IMG/VR virus record: IMGVR_UViG_3300006151_000005
Span: 1 to 64,000 of that record
Direction: 5' to 3' (one strand)
From: a virus
Taxonomy: Duplodnaviria > Caudoviricetes
DNA length: 64,000 bases
The notes under the pieces are model-generated. The model ran no database searches and was not told the origin of the DNA. It worked only from the letters and a program-made list of their open reading frames with translations. Below, in pieces: positions 38,877 through 48,948 of this stretch (positions are counted from its first letter, which is position 1; each line of letters starts with the position of its first letter). The position numbers were made by a program, and so were the translations under genes.

Positions 38877-39293
38877 ATGTTATTTGAAGCAAAAATAAGG
38901 GTTGAGAAGACTCTTGATACAGGCGAACAGAAAGAAGTTAAGGAACACTATATCTTGGATGCCGAGCTATTCGCAGAGGCAGAAAAGAAGATGTTTGAAC
39001 TGTATCCCAATCAGGCAATCGACGTGTTCAGCATTAGACGCAGCGACATAAGGGAAATCATCAACAACAAGGAAGATGGCAAACCTTTCTACAAAGCGAC
39101 CGTGATTGATGTGTTCACTGATGACAAAACAGGCAAGGAGAAGGAAACTAAATATTTCATGCTTGTATGCGCCAAAGACACAGTGGAAGCTACGTTGCTG
39201 GCCACCGAGTATCTAAAGCAGGGCTACAATCTGCGTCTTGACGAAGTCAAGCGCATAAAAATCATCGACTATCTACCGTATCAGCCGGCATAA
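38877..39293 (+). CDS. DUF4494-like protein
   Basis: FEAKIRVEK...KEVKEHYILDAELFAEAE...FYKATV. Confidence 0.7.
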   Translation: MLFEAKIRVEKTLDTGEQKEVKEHYILDAELFAEAEKKMFELYPNQAIDVFSIRRSDIREIINNKEDGKPFYKATVIDVFTDDKTGKEKETKYFMLVCAKDTVEATLLATEYLKQGYNLRLDEVKRIKIIDYLPYQPA

Positions 39294-39305
39294 TCTATCA
39301 CCGCC

Positions 39306-40145
39306 ATGTGTAATCCCAATCCGAATGAAATAGGTTGGATACGCCTTTATCGCAAGATGACGGAATGGCGGTGGTATGGTCTGCCGAACATGATGGCTGT
39401 CTTTATTCATCTACTCCTTACCGCCAATCACAAGGACGGTTACAGCTTCGGTGTAGAGATAAAACGGGGTCAGGTAATGACCTCGGAAGATGGGATTATG
39501 CGTAGCATAAAAATCAAGCGCGGAGCATTACGTGTGTGCCTGAAAAAGTTGGAAGAAACAGGAGAAATAATCCGCAGTACGACCAACAAATATTCAATAA
39601 TAACTATCTGCAATTATGATAGTTACCAAAGCGCAACGGAAAGCAATAGCCAACAAAACGCCATCGAACAGCCAGCAGATGAACATCAGCCCGACATCAA
39701 GCCGACATCAGACGAACATCAGCCAGCCACAAACAAGAATAATAAGAATAAAAAGAATGATAAGAATGAAGAGAATGAAAGAAAGGAAGAAAGTATAACT
39801 CTTCAAAAAGCCAAAGAAGATTTTGAAATCTTTCGCAAGGCGTATCCCGGCAAGAAGCGCGGTCTTGACACTGAATTTGCCAACTTCAAGAAGAAGCACC
39901 GCGATTGGCAAGAGGTACTGCCATTGCTTTTACCGGCGGCGCAGGGTTATGCCGAACAGACACGCGGAAAACCCAAAGAGTACATCAAGCACCTCCAGAC
40001 ATGGATAAACAACCGATGCTGGGAAATCGAATACAGTAACGACAATTCAGAACAATCAAATGGAAGAAATCAAACTTATAGACAAAATGGTATATCTTCA
40101 GCCGGATATGGCCTCCAAATGCCAGACGGAACTGAATACCATTAA
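39306..40145 (+). CDS. phage replication initiator protein
   Basis: GWIRLYRK N-terminus, SIITICNYDSYQ, internal repeats, FRKAYP...TWINNRCW. Confidence 0.75.
   Translation: MCNPNPNEIGWIRLYRKMTEWRWYGLPNMMAVFIHLLLTANHKDGYSFGVEIKRGQVMTSEDGIMRSIKIKRGALRVCLKKLEETGEIIRSTTNKYSIITICNYDSYQSATESNSQQNAIEQPADEHQPDIKPTSDEHQPATNKNNKNKKNDKNEENERKEESITLQKAKEDFEIFRKAYPGKKRGLDTEFANFKKKHRDWQEVLPLLLPAAQGYAEQTRGKPKEYIKHLQTWINNRCWEIEYSNDNSEQSNGRNQTYRQNGISSAGYGLQMPDGTEYH
39681..39790. repeat. putative replication origin (iteron-like repeats plus A-rich tract) inside the initiator gene
   Basis: GAACATCAGCC x2 and CCGACATCA x2, followed by 9-bp-period AAGAAT repeats. Confidence 0.5.
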
Positions 40146-40752
40146 GGCGGTCTTCTTTGACATCCTCAAGGGTTACTGCCCCGATTTTGTCGTTGACAAG
40201 GACAACCGGGCGATTGTTACTGACGTGTTCAACTGGTGCATACGCAATACAGAGGGCAACCTGAAACCGTGCAAAGGTCTATGGATTTACGGTAATATCG
40301 GAACGGGCAAAAGCACACTGATGAAAGCCATCATCAAGTTTGTCAGCAAACACTGGCTACGTGATAGCGGCGAACACATCAAACCCCGGTGGATAAACGT
40401 GCCTACTTTCTGCGGTCAATATGCTGCCGACGGCTTCTCGGTCTTTGACAGCATCCCTATGGGTCTTGACGAACTCGGAACTGAAATAGCCCCCACAAAC
40501 CATGTAGGCAACAAGCTGAACGTCGTGGCGCACTTGATAAACACCATCTACGACAACAATAGCGACATCCCCTACATCGTGACTACCAACCACACGCTGA
40601 AAGAAACCTTTGACCTTTATGGCGCAAGGACTATCGACCGTATAGGTCAGCTTTTCAACCTTGTGGAAATAAAAGGCGCGACACGGCGCGATACATCTGC
40701 AATCTGGCAATCCATTAAAGCCGAAGAAGAAAGGAGTAACGGTTCAAAATGA
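40060..40752 (+). CDS. DnaC/IstB-like ATPase (helicase loader)
   Basis: GNIGTGKS, LDELG, VTTN, YGARTIDR. Confidence 0.82.
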   Translation: MEEIKLIDKMVYLQPDMASKCQTELNTIKAVFFDILKGYCPDFVVDKDNRAIVTDVFNWCIRNTEGNLKPCKGLWIYGNIGTGKSTLMKAIIKFVSKHWLRDSGEHIKPRWINVPTFCGQYAADGFSVFDSIPMGLDELGTEIAPTNHVGNKLNVVAHLINTIYDNNSDIPYIVTTNHTLKETFDLYGARTIDRIGQLFNLVEIKGATRRDTSAIWQSIKAEEERSNGSK

Positions 40753-42668
40753 GAGCTTACAGCGACTTTGGAATAGACATCCCGGCTGGGCGCAATAGCG
40801 GCAAGATGAAAGTTATCTGCCCCAAATGCCATGACCGACGGAAAGACAAGCGCGATAAAAGTCTTTCAGTCGATTTAGGCAAGGGCGTATGGCATTGCCA
40901 TTACTGCGGTTGGAGCGGAACTATCCATGTCGGCGAAAGGTCACATGATGCCCCCAAAAAGGAATATCGCAGACCTACGCCACGACCCATCACAACGCTG
41001 TCGCGCAAACTCGTTGAATGGTTCAATAGTCGCGGTATATCGGAATGGGTGCTTGAACGCATGAAGATTAACGAGGGTGAGCAGTTCATGCCGCAGGTCG
41101 GAAAGAAGATGAACACCGTGCAGTTCAACTACTATCTAAACGGCGAGCTTATCAACGTGAAGTATCGCACCGGCGATAAGAAATTCATGCTTGAAAGCGG
41201 CGCGGAACTGATTCCCTACAATCTTGACAGCATCGTCGGCCAAAGCGAGTGTATCATAACCGAGGGCGAAATGGACTGTCTTTCGTTCATTGAAATCGGA
41301 AAGAACAACTGCGTCAGTGTACCCAACGGCGCGAATAGCAACCTGTCATATCTTGATGACTTTATAGAGGGCTTCTTTGGTGACAAGGAAACAATCTACA
41401 TTGCCGTCGATACTGACACAAAGGGCTTATTGCTGCGCGATGAACTGATACGTCGTTTTGGTGGTGAAAGATGCCGCATTGTCACTTATGGCGATGACTG
41501 TAAGGATGCCAACGAGCATCTCCAGAAGTACGGCAAGGAAAGTCTTGAAAACTGCCTTAAAACCGCCAAAGAGGTCAAGGTTGAGGGCGTGTTCATGCTT
41601 GACGATTACGAAGAAGAGCTTGATGCCATCTATCAGAACGGTCTTCAAAAAGGCTTCATGGTAGGACATCCCAATCTTGATGCGTTGATGAGTCTTGAAA
41701 CCAAACGCCTTATGATTGTGACCGGCATACCAGGCAGCGGTAAATCGGAATTTATCGATGAGATGTGTGTTCGTCTGAATATCCTTTACGATTTCAAGGT
41801 CGGATTCTTCTCGCCCGAAAACGTGCCGATTCAGCTTCATGCCGTAAAGCTGATAGAAAAGCTATGTGGAAAGAAATTTCAAGCCATAGACAACCGGGGT
41901 GAAAACATCACTCCACAGCAATATGCTCACGCCAAAGAATACTATCGTGAAAACTTCTTTCACGTATTACCGGAAGACGGTGCAACGATAGATAATATTC
42001 TGGCAAAGGCTAAATACCTTGTACGTCGTAGGGGAATACGAATTTTTGTACTTGACCCATTTAACCGAATCGAGCATGAACAGTCAGGCGGCGAAACGGA
42101 AACCCAATACATCTCGCGTCTTCTGAATAGAATGACGGCTTTTGCCCAGCAGAACGACCTCCTTTTCATCCTTATGGCGCATCCCACCAAGATTAAAAAG
42201 GATAACGGAAATGGCGGTGTGCCTACCATGTACGACATCAGCGGCTCTGCGACATTCTTTGACAAAGCGGATTTCGGTCTTGTGGTACATCGTGAACGCG
42301 ACGAAAGCAAGAATTACACCCTTGTGCGCGTGGAAAAGGTCAAGTTCAGACACCTCGGTGCGCCGGGCGACGCTACATTCAAGTTCAACGTCATCAATGG
42401 CCGATATATCCCGTGGAAGCAAAGCGAAAGCGTAGCCGTGGATTTCAGGGCAGACATGGAGGATATGATTGTAGCCAAAGAACGGAACACTATAACGCAG
42501 CCATCCCTGCCGTCGGGACTGCCGTGGGAAGATGATGCGGATTCAATCCCATCACAGCCGCAAACGCCAGCCGGGATGAACTTCGCGCAAACGCCCATAC
42601 AGATGCAGACGGATGACCCAAACATGCCGTTTACGCCGATTGACCCCAACGAGCCATTACCTTTCTAA
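40749..42668 (+). CDS. bifunctional primase-helicase (T7 gp4/Twinkle-like)
   Basis: CPKC..CHYC zinc finger, TOPRIM (EGEMD, DTD, KDANE), TGIPGSGKS, LDPF, AHP. Confidence 0.92.
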   Translation: MRAYSDFGIDIPAGRNSGKMKVICPKCHDRRKDKRDKSLSVDLGKGVWHCHYCGWSGTIHVGERSHDAPKKEYRRPTPRPITTLSRKLVEWFNSRGISEWVLERMKINEGEQFMPQVGKKMNTVQFNYYLNGELINVKYRTGDKKFMLESGAELIPYNLDSIVGQSECIITEGEMDCLSFIEIGKNNCVSVPNGANSNLSYLDDFIEGFFGDKETIYIAVDTDTKGLLLRDELIRRFGGERCRIVTYGDDCKDANEHLQKYGKESLENCLKTAKEVKVEGVFMLDDYEEELDAIYQNGLQKGFMVGHPNLDALMSLETKRLMIVTGIPGSGKSEFIDEMCVRLNILYDFKVGFFSPENVPIQLHAVKLIEKLCGKKFQAIDNRGENITPQQYAHAKEYYRENFFHVLPEDGATIDNILAKAKYLVRRRGIRIFVLDPFNRIEHEQSGGETETQYISRLLNRMTAFAQQNDLLFILMAHPTKIKKDNGNGGVPTMYDISGSATFFDKADFGLVVHRERDESKNYTLVRVEKVKFRHLGAPGDATFKFNVINGRYIPWKQSESVAVDFRADMEDMIVAKERNTITQPSLPSGLPWEDDADSIPSQPQTPAGMNFAQTPIQMQTDDPNMPFTPIDPNEPLPF

Positions 42669-42689
42669 ACCAAGTAAATCATTATCACA

Positions 42690-43526
42690 ATGCAAAATAT
42701 AGAGCTTTATAACGACCATTTTCAGAATTGGAAGAGGTATCTGAGTTGCAAGGCGCAGCTTATTATCGCCGATGTGCCTTACAATCTCGGAATAAATGCC
42801 TACGCATCCAATCCCAAGTGGTATGTTGACGGCGACAATACCAATGGCGAAAGCGAACTCGCCGGCACACAATTCTTTGATACCGATGCCAATTTCAAGC
42901 CTGCGGAATTTATGCACTTTTGCTCAAACTTGCTTATTAAAGAACCTAAAGAGGCGGGCAAAGCACCGTGTATGATTATCTTCTGCGCCTTTGAACAGAT
43001 GATGTATTTCATTGAACTCGGAAAGCGATACGGATTCAATCACTATATCCCGTTGGTCTTTCGTAAGAACTGGTCGGCACAGGTACTCAAGTCAAACATG
43101 AAGATTGTTGGAAACTGCGAATACGGGCTGCTTCTGTACCGCGAAAAACTCCCTAAATTCAATAATGGCGGTCGTATGGTCTTTAACTGCATGGATTATC
43201 CCCGTGACACCAAGACACCTAAAATCCATCCCACGCAAAAATCCGTGCCACTGCTGGAACAACTTATCCGCATTTTCACTGACCCCGGCGACGTAGTTAT
43301 TGACCCTTGCGCCGGAAGTGGCACAACCTTGCTTGCTGCAAGAAATTGCGGTCGCCGTGCCTATGGATTTGAGATTAAGAAAGATTTTTATGCCGATGCC
43401 GTGAATCTGCTTAAAACCTATCAGTCCACGCCGTCGATGTTTGACATCGCGGAATTGATAGAGCGCGAGTCGCGCCGGGATAAAGTCAAGGCAAGTAATA
43501 AACCAGAAAGCCTATTTGCGGAATGA
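42690..43526 (+). CDS. N6-adenine/N4-cytosine DNA methyltransferase (beta class)
   Basis: ADVPY, HPTQK, DPCAGSGTT. Confidence 0.9.
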   Translation: MQNIELYNDHFQNWKRYLSCKAQLIIADVPYNLGINAYASNPKWYVDGDNTNGESELAGTQFFDTDANFKPAEFMHFCSNLLIKEPKEAGKAPCMIIFCAFEQMMYFIELGKRYGFNHYIPLVFRKNWSAQVLKSNMKIVGNCEYGLLLYREKLPKFNNGGRMVFNCMDYPRDTKTPKIHPTQKSVPLLEQLIRIFTDPGDVVIDPCAGSGTTLLAARNCGRRAYGFEIKKDFYADAVNLLKTYQSTPSMFDIAELIERESRRDKVKASNKPESLFAE

Positions 43527-44218
43527 CACCACGTAGCGAAATCATCCTCGGCGATAGCTTTGAGGTACTGAAATCAATGGCAGACAAAAGCGTTGACATC
43601 GCTTTATGCGATTGCCCTTACGGAATAGACATCTGCTCAAGTGGCAGACTGATGAAAGAAAAGGGTCGCGCATACAAGCCGTGGGATAAAGATGCTCCAA
43701 AAGCGGAATTTTTCACGGAGTTGCTTCGCGTAAGCAAGAACGCCATCATCTTCGGCGCAAACCATTTCATAGACCGCATACCCATCAATTCAAAGTGTTG
43801 GATTGTGTGGGATAAGGAACAGCCAGAAACATTGTCATTCGCCATGTGTGAGCTTGCCCTCACTACATTTGACAGGTCGGCAAAGATATTCAGATATAGC
43901 GCGGCGCGTCAGAGTGTAAAGGAAACACGGATACACCCCACACAAAAGCCAGTCGCCTTGTACGCATGGATATTTCAGAACTTCGCCAATCCCGGCAACT
44001 TGATTCTCGATACCCACCTCGGAAGCGGTAGTAGTCGCATTGCTGCCTATCGCATGGGCTTCGACTTCATAGGCTGCGAGATTGACCCGGAATATTACAC
44101 AGCGCAAGAGGTGCGCTTTCGCCAAGAATGTATGGGCGAACAACGTCGTGGCAATGTCGTGCTGACACAATACGAATTATTCAATAATGACCAATATGGA
44201 AAAGATAACAGTCTTTGA
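43523..44218 (+). CDS. N6-adenine/N4-cytosine DNA methyltransferase (beta class)
   Basis: DCPYG, HPTQKP, DTHLGSGS. Confidence 0.9.
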   Translation: MTPRSEIILGDSFEVLKSMADKSVDIALCDCPYGIDICSSGRLMKEKGRAYKPWDKDAPKAEFFTELLRVSKNAIIFGANHFIDRIPINSKCWIVWDKEQPETLSFAMCELALTTFDRSAKIFRYSAARQSVKETRIHPTQKPVALYAWIFQNFANPGNLILDTHLGSGSSRIAAYRMGFDFIGCEIDPEYYTAQEVRFRQECMGEQRRGNVVLTQYELFNNDQYGKDNSL

Positions 44219-45026
44219 AGCCTTTGCCGGTTACGGCAGTCAGTCGATGGCTCTTGAACGCCTCAAGCAAGACATCGGGCTTGACTACACGGTTGTCGGA
44301 ATATCCGAAATCGATGCCACCGCAATCAAGGCTTACTATGCAGCCCGCGATGCCGAGTTGCTGTCACGTTGCCGCACAGTCGGCGATGTGGAAACCGCCA
44401 TTAGGGGGGGGTACGAGCCTCCACAGGAACTTATCGACCGATACCCGAATTATGGCGACATCTGCAAAATCAACTGGGCGAATGTGCCGGATTTCAATCT
44501 GTTCACATACAGCTTTCCTTGTACCGACATCAGCAATGCCGGCTTACAGAAAGGACTCGCCGAGGGGTCTGGCACAAGGTCATCGCTTCTTTGGGAGTGC
44601 GCAAGGGCAATCGAAACCAAATACCCCAAATACCTCTTGATGGAAAACGTCAAGGCTCTTGTAAGCGACAAATTCATGCCGGATTTCAAGCGATGGGCGA
44701 TGTATCTGGAAAGCCTCGGTTACACGAACTATTACCAAGTGCTGAACTCAAAAGATTATGGCGTACCGCAGAACCGCGAGCGTGTCTTTATGGTCAGCAT
44801 CCACGGCGAGGCTATCTACTATTTCCCCAAACCCTTCAAGTTAGACCGCCGCCTCAAGCACGTATTGGAAACGAATGTAGATGAAAGCTACTATCTGTCT
44901 GATGCTAAGATTCAGGCAATCATAGACCATTGCGAGCGTAAGCAAGCTGAGGGTTGTGGCTTCAAGCCGAACTTCCAAAACGGGGGGGTATTGCGGAACC
45001 ATCACCGGGAACTACGGACAACGTGA
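44187..45026 (+). CDS. C5-cytosine DNA methyltransferase, N-terminal part (motifs I-VIII)
   Basis: FAGYG, SFPC, MENV, PQNRERVF; G8 tract at 44404-44411 and G7 tract at 44982-44988. Confidence 0.9.
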   Translation: MTNMEKITVFEAFAGYGSQSMALERLKQDIGLDYTVVGISEIDATAIKAYYAARDAELLSRCRTVGDVETAIRGGYEPPQELIDRYPNYGDICKINWANVPDFNLFTYSFPCTDISNAGLQKGLAEGSGTRSSLLWECARAIETKYPKYLLMENVKALVSDKFMPDFKRWAMYLESLGYTNYYQVLNSKDYGVPQNRERVFMVSIHGEAIYYFPKPFKLDRRLKHVLETNVDESYYLSDAKIQAIIDHCERKQAEGCGFKPNFQNGGVLRNHHRELRTT

Positions 45027-45337
45027 AACCGATACCTACATCCAAGAATGACGAAGACGGCATCATTGTGGTTGGTAAAATCAACAACTCGCAAGACGGC
45101 AAAATCGTGGACGCAGACGGCATCGCGCCGACACATACGTCAGGACACGGAAACTGCCCCAAAGTGCTTGTTGAAAATACCCCCCGGACAATCTGCATAA
45201 ATTCAAAGGATGAGAATGGCAAGCAGCCAAGTATCGCGGATAGAGTTTATGACAGTAACGGAATAGCCACAGCACTGACAACCGGATGGCATCCCTACAT
45301 CATGGAATCGCAAAACAACAATTCAGAAAATGAATAA
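44982..45337 (+). CDS. C5 MTase variable (TRD-repeat) segment, out of frame at the G7 tract
   Basis: GIAPTHT and GIATALTT repeats; becomes in frame with the upstream ORF if the tract is G8. Confidence 0.6.
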
Positions 45338-46505
45338 AGATAAAACCGCCCCAGAGCTTAAAATCATAGGCAATGTAATGCCGTCGGGTCACAATGTAGG
45401 TAACATCTACGACCCGGACGGAATATCGCCCACGATTATGCTCAATCACGGTTATCCGGCACTTATTCTTGAAGAAACAACCGACAACGACATGAATCAG
45501 CTTATACAGGTGGCGCAGATATACGACAAGGAAAAGAATCCTACCAACGGCAGGGTTTATGACCCCAGCGGCATCTCGCCTACGCTTACAACGCCAACAG
45601 GCGGCAACTCAATGCCCCTTATCCTCGCTATGGAACAGATACCTTTCAATACAGCCGACGAGGGATTAGCCTACACAATCACGACACGCTACGGCGCAAT
45701 GTGCGCAAGCAATCTGATTGATGGCAATTTCCCTATGACCGGCATCCTTACAATCGAAAACCCAACAGAAGAAATGAAACGCCAGATAGAAGACGGAATC
45801 CTAAACTTCGACAAAGGGCTGCCAAAAGAAGCCAACCCCAAGTCATGCGCCATGCGTGGTCGCGGCAAGGGTGCGGATTACCATCAGGAACTTGAGATTG
45901 GCGACGATGTAGCCAACGCCCTTACAACCGTCCAGAAAGACTCTATGATACTTGAGGGCGAAGACCCGTCAATCATCAGTCTTATGCCGTGGAATAGACC
46001 CGGCGGCGACGTGGGCGATGTGTCGCCGGCCATCACAACAAGCGCATGGGAGCAGAACAATTTTGTAAAGCTGCCCGACGGAGATACCCCTATGGTTATG
46101 GCTGACCCACGGAAGAATTACGGCAGATTGCAGCCATCGGCTGAATCCTCGCCCACGCTTCTCAGCACTGACTATAAATCGCCCCATCTTGTCGTGGAAC
46201 GTGGCGACGGCGAACTTGATATGTCTGACCCAGAAACGCGCATCATCAAGCGAGCCGTAGACCATGTGGCGCAGGAGTACGGAACGCAGACGCGCTTTCG
46301 CATACGCAAGCCGACCCCACGCGAGTGCTACCGCCTTATGGACGTGCCGGAAGAATATATCGACCACCTGTTAGCGTCTGGCATATCCAAATCCCAACAC
46401 TACAAACTGGCGGGAAATTCTATCGTGGTATCATGTCTTTATCACATCTTCAAGAATTTATTTACCAATGAAATCCCAGTTAATCAACAGCTATCCCTTT
46501 TCTGA
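45330..46505 (+). CDS. C5 MTase C-terminal part: multiple TRD-like repeats plus motifs IX-X
   Basis: Repeated SPT(L/I) units; IRKPTPRECYRLM and YKLAGNSIVV. Confidence 0.85.
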   Translation: MNKDKTAPELKIIGNVMPSGHNVGNIYDPDGISPTIMLNHGYPALILEETTDNDMNQLIQVAQIYDKEKNPTNGRVYDPSGISPTLTTPTGGNSMPLILAMEQIPFNTADEGLAYTITTRYGAMCASNLIDGNFPMTGILTIENPTEEMKRQIEDGILNFDKGLPKEANPKSCAMRGRGKGADYHQELEIGDDVANALTTVQKDSMILEGEDPSIISLMPWNRPGGDVGDVSPAITTSAWEQNNFVKLPDGDTPMVMADPRKNYGRLQPSAESSPTLLSTDYKSPHLVVERGDGELDMSDPETRIIKRAVDHVAQEYGTQTRFRIRKPTPRECYRLMDVPEEYIDHLLASGISKSQHYKLAGNSIVVSCLYHIFKNLFTNEIPVNQQLSLF

Positions 46506-46506
46506 T

Positions 46507-47244
46507 ATGCTTGACGGCATAAAGCTCCCAGAATCGGTCATCGCCGAAATGGAAAAGCGAGGGATAAGTGCAAACCCCATACCCATAAAGCCGATGATTG
46601 ACACCGGCATCCACTTCAAGAAGCGCGAACCAATGCGTGAACGCGACCTGTCAACAGAAGAATTTCTCAACCTGTTCGACAAGGCCGAATCACTCAAGAT
46701 GGCGTATGTACCACACTTCATTACGCAGTGCGTAATCTACTATCTTGACTTATTTGTGGAATATGCCCGCGACTGTCGGCTTTCAGACTTCAAGAAGCAC
46801 ACCCGGTTGCTCAAGGCAATCAAAGAGGAGTATCTTGCAGCCCTACGCCATGAAATGCCGCCGCACGTCTTTGAGAAATTCCTTACACAGCGCGATGAAT
46901 ACCTTGTGTCATGCGGCGCAAATCTGAGTCTTATGTATTTCACATTCGGAAATCAGATTTTGAAGAAATATGGCCGGATAGACCACGAAGCCCTATACTG
47001 TTACGCCAACATAATCCTTGCTTTCATCAACTACGTGGAAGACTTTGACCGCAACGTCAACAAGCGTATCGCAGAAAAGCTGGGGATGCCCTGCCGTAAT
47101 CACGGAGATGCGCGTCTGACCGCCATTAAAGGCGTATGCAACGACATCATCAAACCCTACCCGCTGGAAAAGAACAATGACACCGAGCTATGCGTCGGCG
47201 TAATGGCAAACAAAGCGGTCATAATGATAAACAACATGCTATAA
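46507..47244 (+). CDS. hypothetical phage protein
   Basis: ATG 1 nt after the MTase stop. Confidence 0.7.
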   Translation: MLDGIKLPESVIAEMEKRGISANPIPIKPMIDTGIHFKKREPMRERDLSTEEFLNLFDKAESLKMAYVPHFITQCVIYYLDLFVEYARDCRLSDFKKHTRLLKAIKEEYLAALRHEMPPHVFEKFLTQRDEYLVSCGANLSLMYFTFGNQILKKYGRIDHEALYCYANIILAFINYVEDFDRNVNKRIAEKLGMPCRNHGDARLTAIKGVCNDIIKPYPLEKNNDTELCVGVMANKAVIMINNML

Positions 47245-47260
47245 CAACCCTCATATCGCA

Positions 47261-48019
47261 ATGGAACAAGTAATCACTGACATCATCGACAAAAAGGCGG
47301 CGAAGCAGTTTAATAAGCTGACACCGACCAAGCGCAAGGCATACCGCGCAATGCTTTATGCAGGTGCGCAGATAACCATGAACGGCTATTCAGTAAGGGA
47401 TATAGCCGCCGAAATCGGATATTCAGAAAGCGGAACATCAAAGTTGGCGCAGAAGTGGATAGAGCTGATGCGTCAGGGCGATGTTACCGTCAATCTGATT
47501 ATAGCAGCCATTCAGAAATTGCCTAAAAACAAACGTTTTCAGCACGGAAAGGAAATCGCGCCCCATGTCAAGCTAACACCCACTGTCGTAGCGGAAGAGC
47601 CAAAGGATGAAACTCCACGGCCCACACCGGCGCAGACCCCGGCACCAACGGAAAATAAGCGAAAGGGCAAGTATGTACTCGGCTTTTTCATTACACCGGA
47701 AGACGAAATGCGCGAAAGAGCCGCCATTCGTTCATCCATCCTGTTCTTTCAGACCTACGGCAAGGGCGCAAAACCGCGTATGCACGGCGAGTATTACACG
47801 CCCGGAACGCATCAGGCAAAAGACAGTGAAGATAGCAAGAAGTGGCTACCCCTTGATACAGCAGCCCTTTACTGCGGATGCAAAGCGGAAATCATCAGCA
47901 AAGCAGGTCAAAACGGCGTGATTGAACGACGTGTCTATAAGCGCAATGCCAACCGTAACTATTATGAGTATAACATCGCTGATTTAGACAAGTTTATACG
48001 CGACAATCATCTCCTCTAA
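47261..48019 (+). CDS. hypothetical protein with HTH-like segments
   Basis: YSVRDIAAEIGYSES; WLPLDTAALYCG. Confidence 0.6.
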   Translation: MEQVITDIIDKKAAKQFNKLTPTKRKAYRAMLYAGAQITMNGYSVRDIAAEIGYSESGTSKLAQKWIELMRQGDVTVNLIIAAIQKLPKNKRFQHGKEIAPHVKLTPTVVAEEPKDETPRPTPAQTPAPTENKRKGKYVLGFFITPEDEMRERAAIRSSILFFQTYGKGAKPRMHGEYYTPGTHQAKDSEDSKKWLPLDTAALYCGCKAEIISKAGQNGVIERRVYKRNANRNYYEYNIADLDKFIRDNHLL

Positions 48020-48097
48020 CAAAGGTAATCAACTCGCAATGTGGAAGATAGCTAAGAGCTAATAAGAGTTAAAAATCAAATTTGCCCGGCGATTTAA

Positions 48098-48129
48098 TTT
48101 GGATAATTAAAGTAAATGCTTTAACTTTG
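48098..48129 (+). promoter_or_regulatory. Bacteroidota promoter with overlapping palindrome
   Basis: TTTG-N20-TAACTTTG; TTAAAGTAAATGCTTTAA at 48107-48124. Confidence 0.8.
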
Positions 48130-48175
48130 CGACGTGGTTGTAAAAGTAAACACTTAAACAAATAAATATATCAAC

Positions 48176-48454
48176 ATGGATTTATCCTCAAATCAAGAGC
48201 CGACAACGCAGGCCACAAAGGTCTGCACAAGATGCGGCAAAGAATTGCCGGTTGACCAGTTCAGCCGTCGCAGTAGCTCGGCTGACGGGTTGCAGATGTG
48301 GTGCAAGTCGTGCCAGCGTGAATCACAACGTATCTCGCGCAGTAATCGCCAATTACCCCCCCCCCTCAATCAAGGGCGACCATGCACGAAAGCAAAATCG
48401 AAGCCTTTCAGCGTGAATACTACGAGGCTACGCTTGACCGCCTTGACGGAATAG
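48176..48454 (+). CDS. zinc-finger protein containing a C10 tract
   Basis: KVCTRCG...DGLQMWCKSC; C10 at 48356-48365. Confidence 0.65.
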   Translation: MDLSSNQEPTTQATKVCTRCGKELPVDQFSRRSSSADGLQMWCKSCQRESQRISRSNRQLPPPLNQGRPCTKAKSKPFSVNTTRLRLTALTE

Positions 48455-48948
48455 AATTGCTTGAGCAATACTATATCGTTGAAGAAAAGGGCAAATTGCC
48501 TTTCAAAGTCGGCGACATTGTAGCCGTGGCACAAAGGTATTGCTCCATCCTTGACGAACTTGAAGACCCCCAAAATTTCTGTTGCATGGGGCATTGGGAG
48601 TCTGCAAAAGGAAAACGTGCGCATTACGCCGGCTTTCTGCATCATCCCGGCTTTATGAACAAGATGTTTGTCGATGCCGAAGAAATGCCACACCAAATCA
48701 AAATCAAAAGGGTATGGTTTGAACACCTGCAAGACATATCTAACGAGGATTGTCTGAAAGAGGGCATCGATAAATGGACTGCGCAAGGGAAACGTTACTA
48801 TGGTTTCTTTGATAACGATAAAGGCGTATTCTCGCATCATCCCACTCCACGCGATGCTTATGCCCATCTTATAGAGCGCATATCCGGCAAAGGAACTTGG
48901 GCGAGCAATCCCCTTGTTATAGCCTATGAATTTGAAAAGGTAAAGTAA
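48382..48948 (+). CDS. ASCH/PUA-like phage protein
   Basis: EHLQDISNEDCLKEG...WASNPLVIAYEFE. Confidence 0.65.
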   Translation: MHESKIEAFQREYYEATLDRLDGIELLEQYYIVEEKGKLPFKVGDIVAVAQRYCSILDELEDPQNFCCMGHWESAKGKRAHYAGFLHHPGFMNKMFVDAEEMPHQIKIKRVWFEHLQDISNEDCLKEGIDKWTAQGKRYYGFFDNDKGVFSHHPTPRDAYAHLIERISGKGTWASNPLVIAYEFEKVK

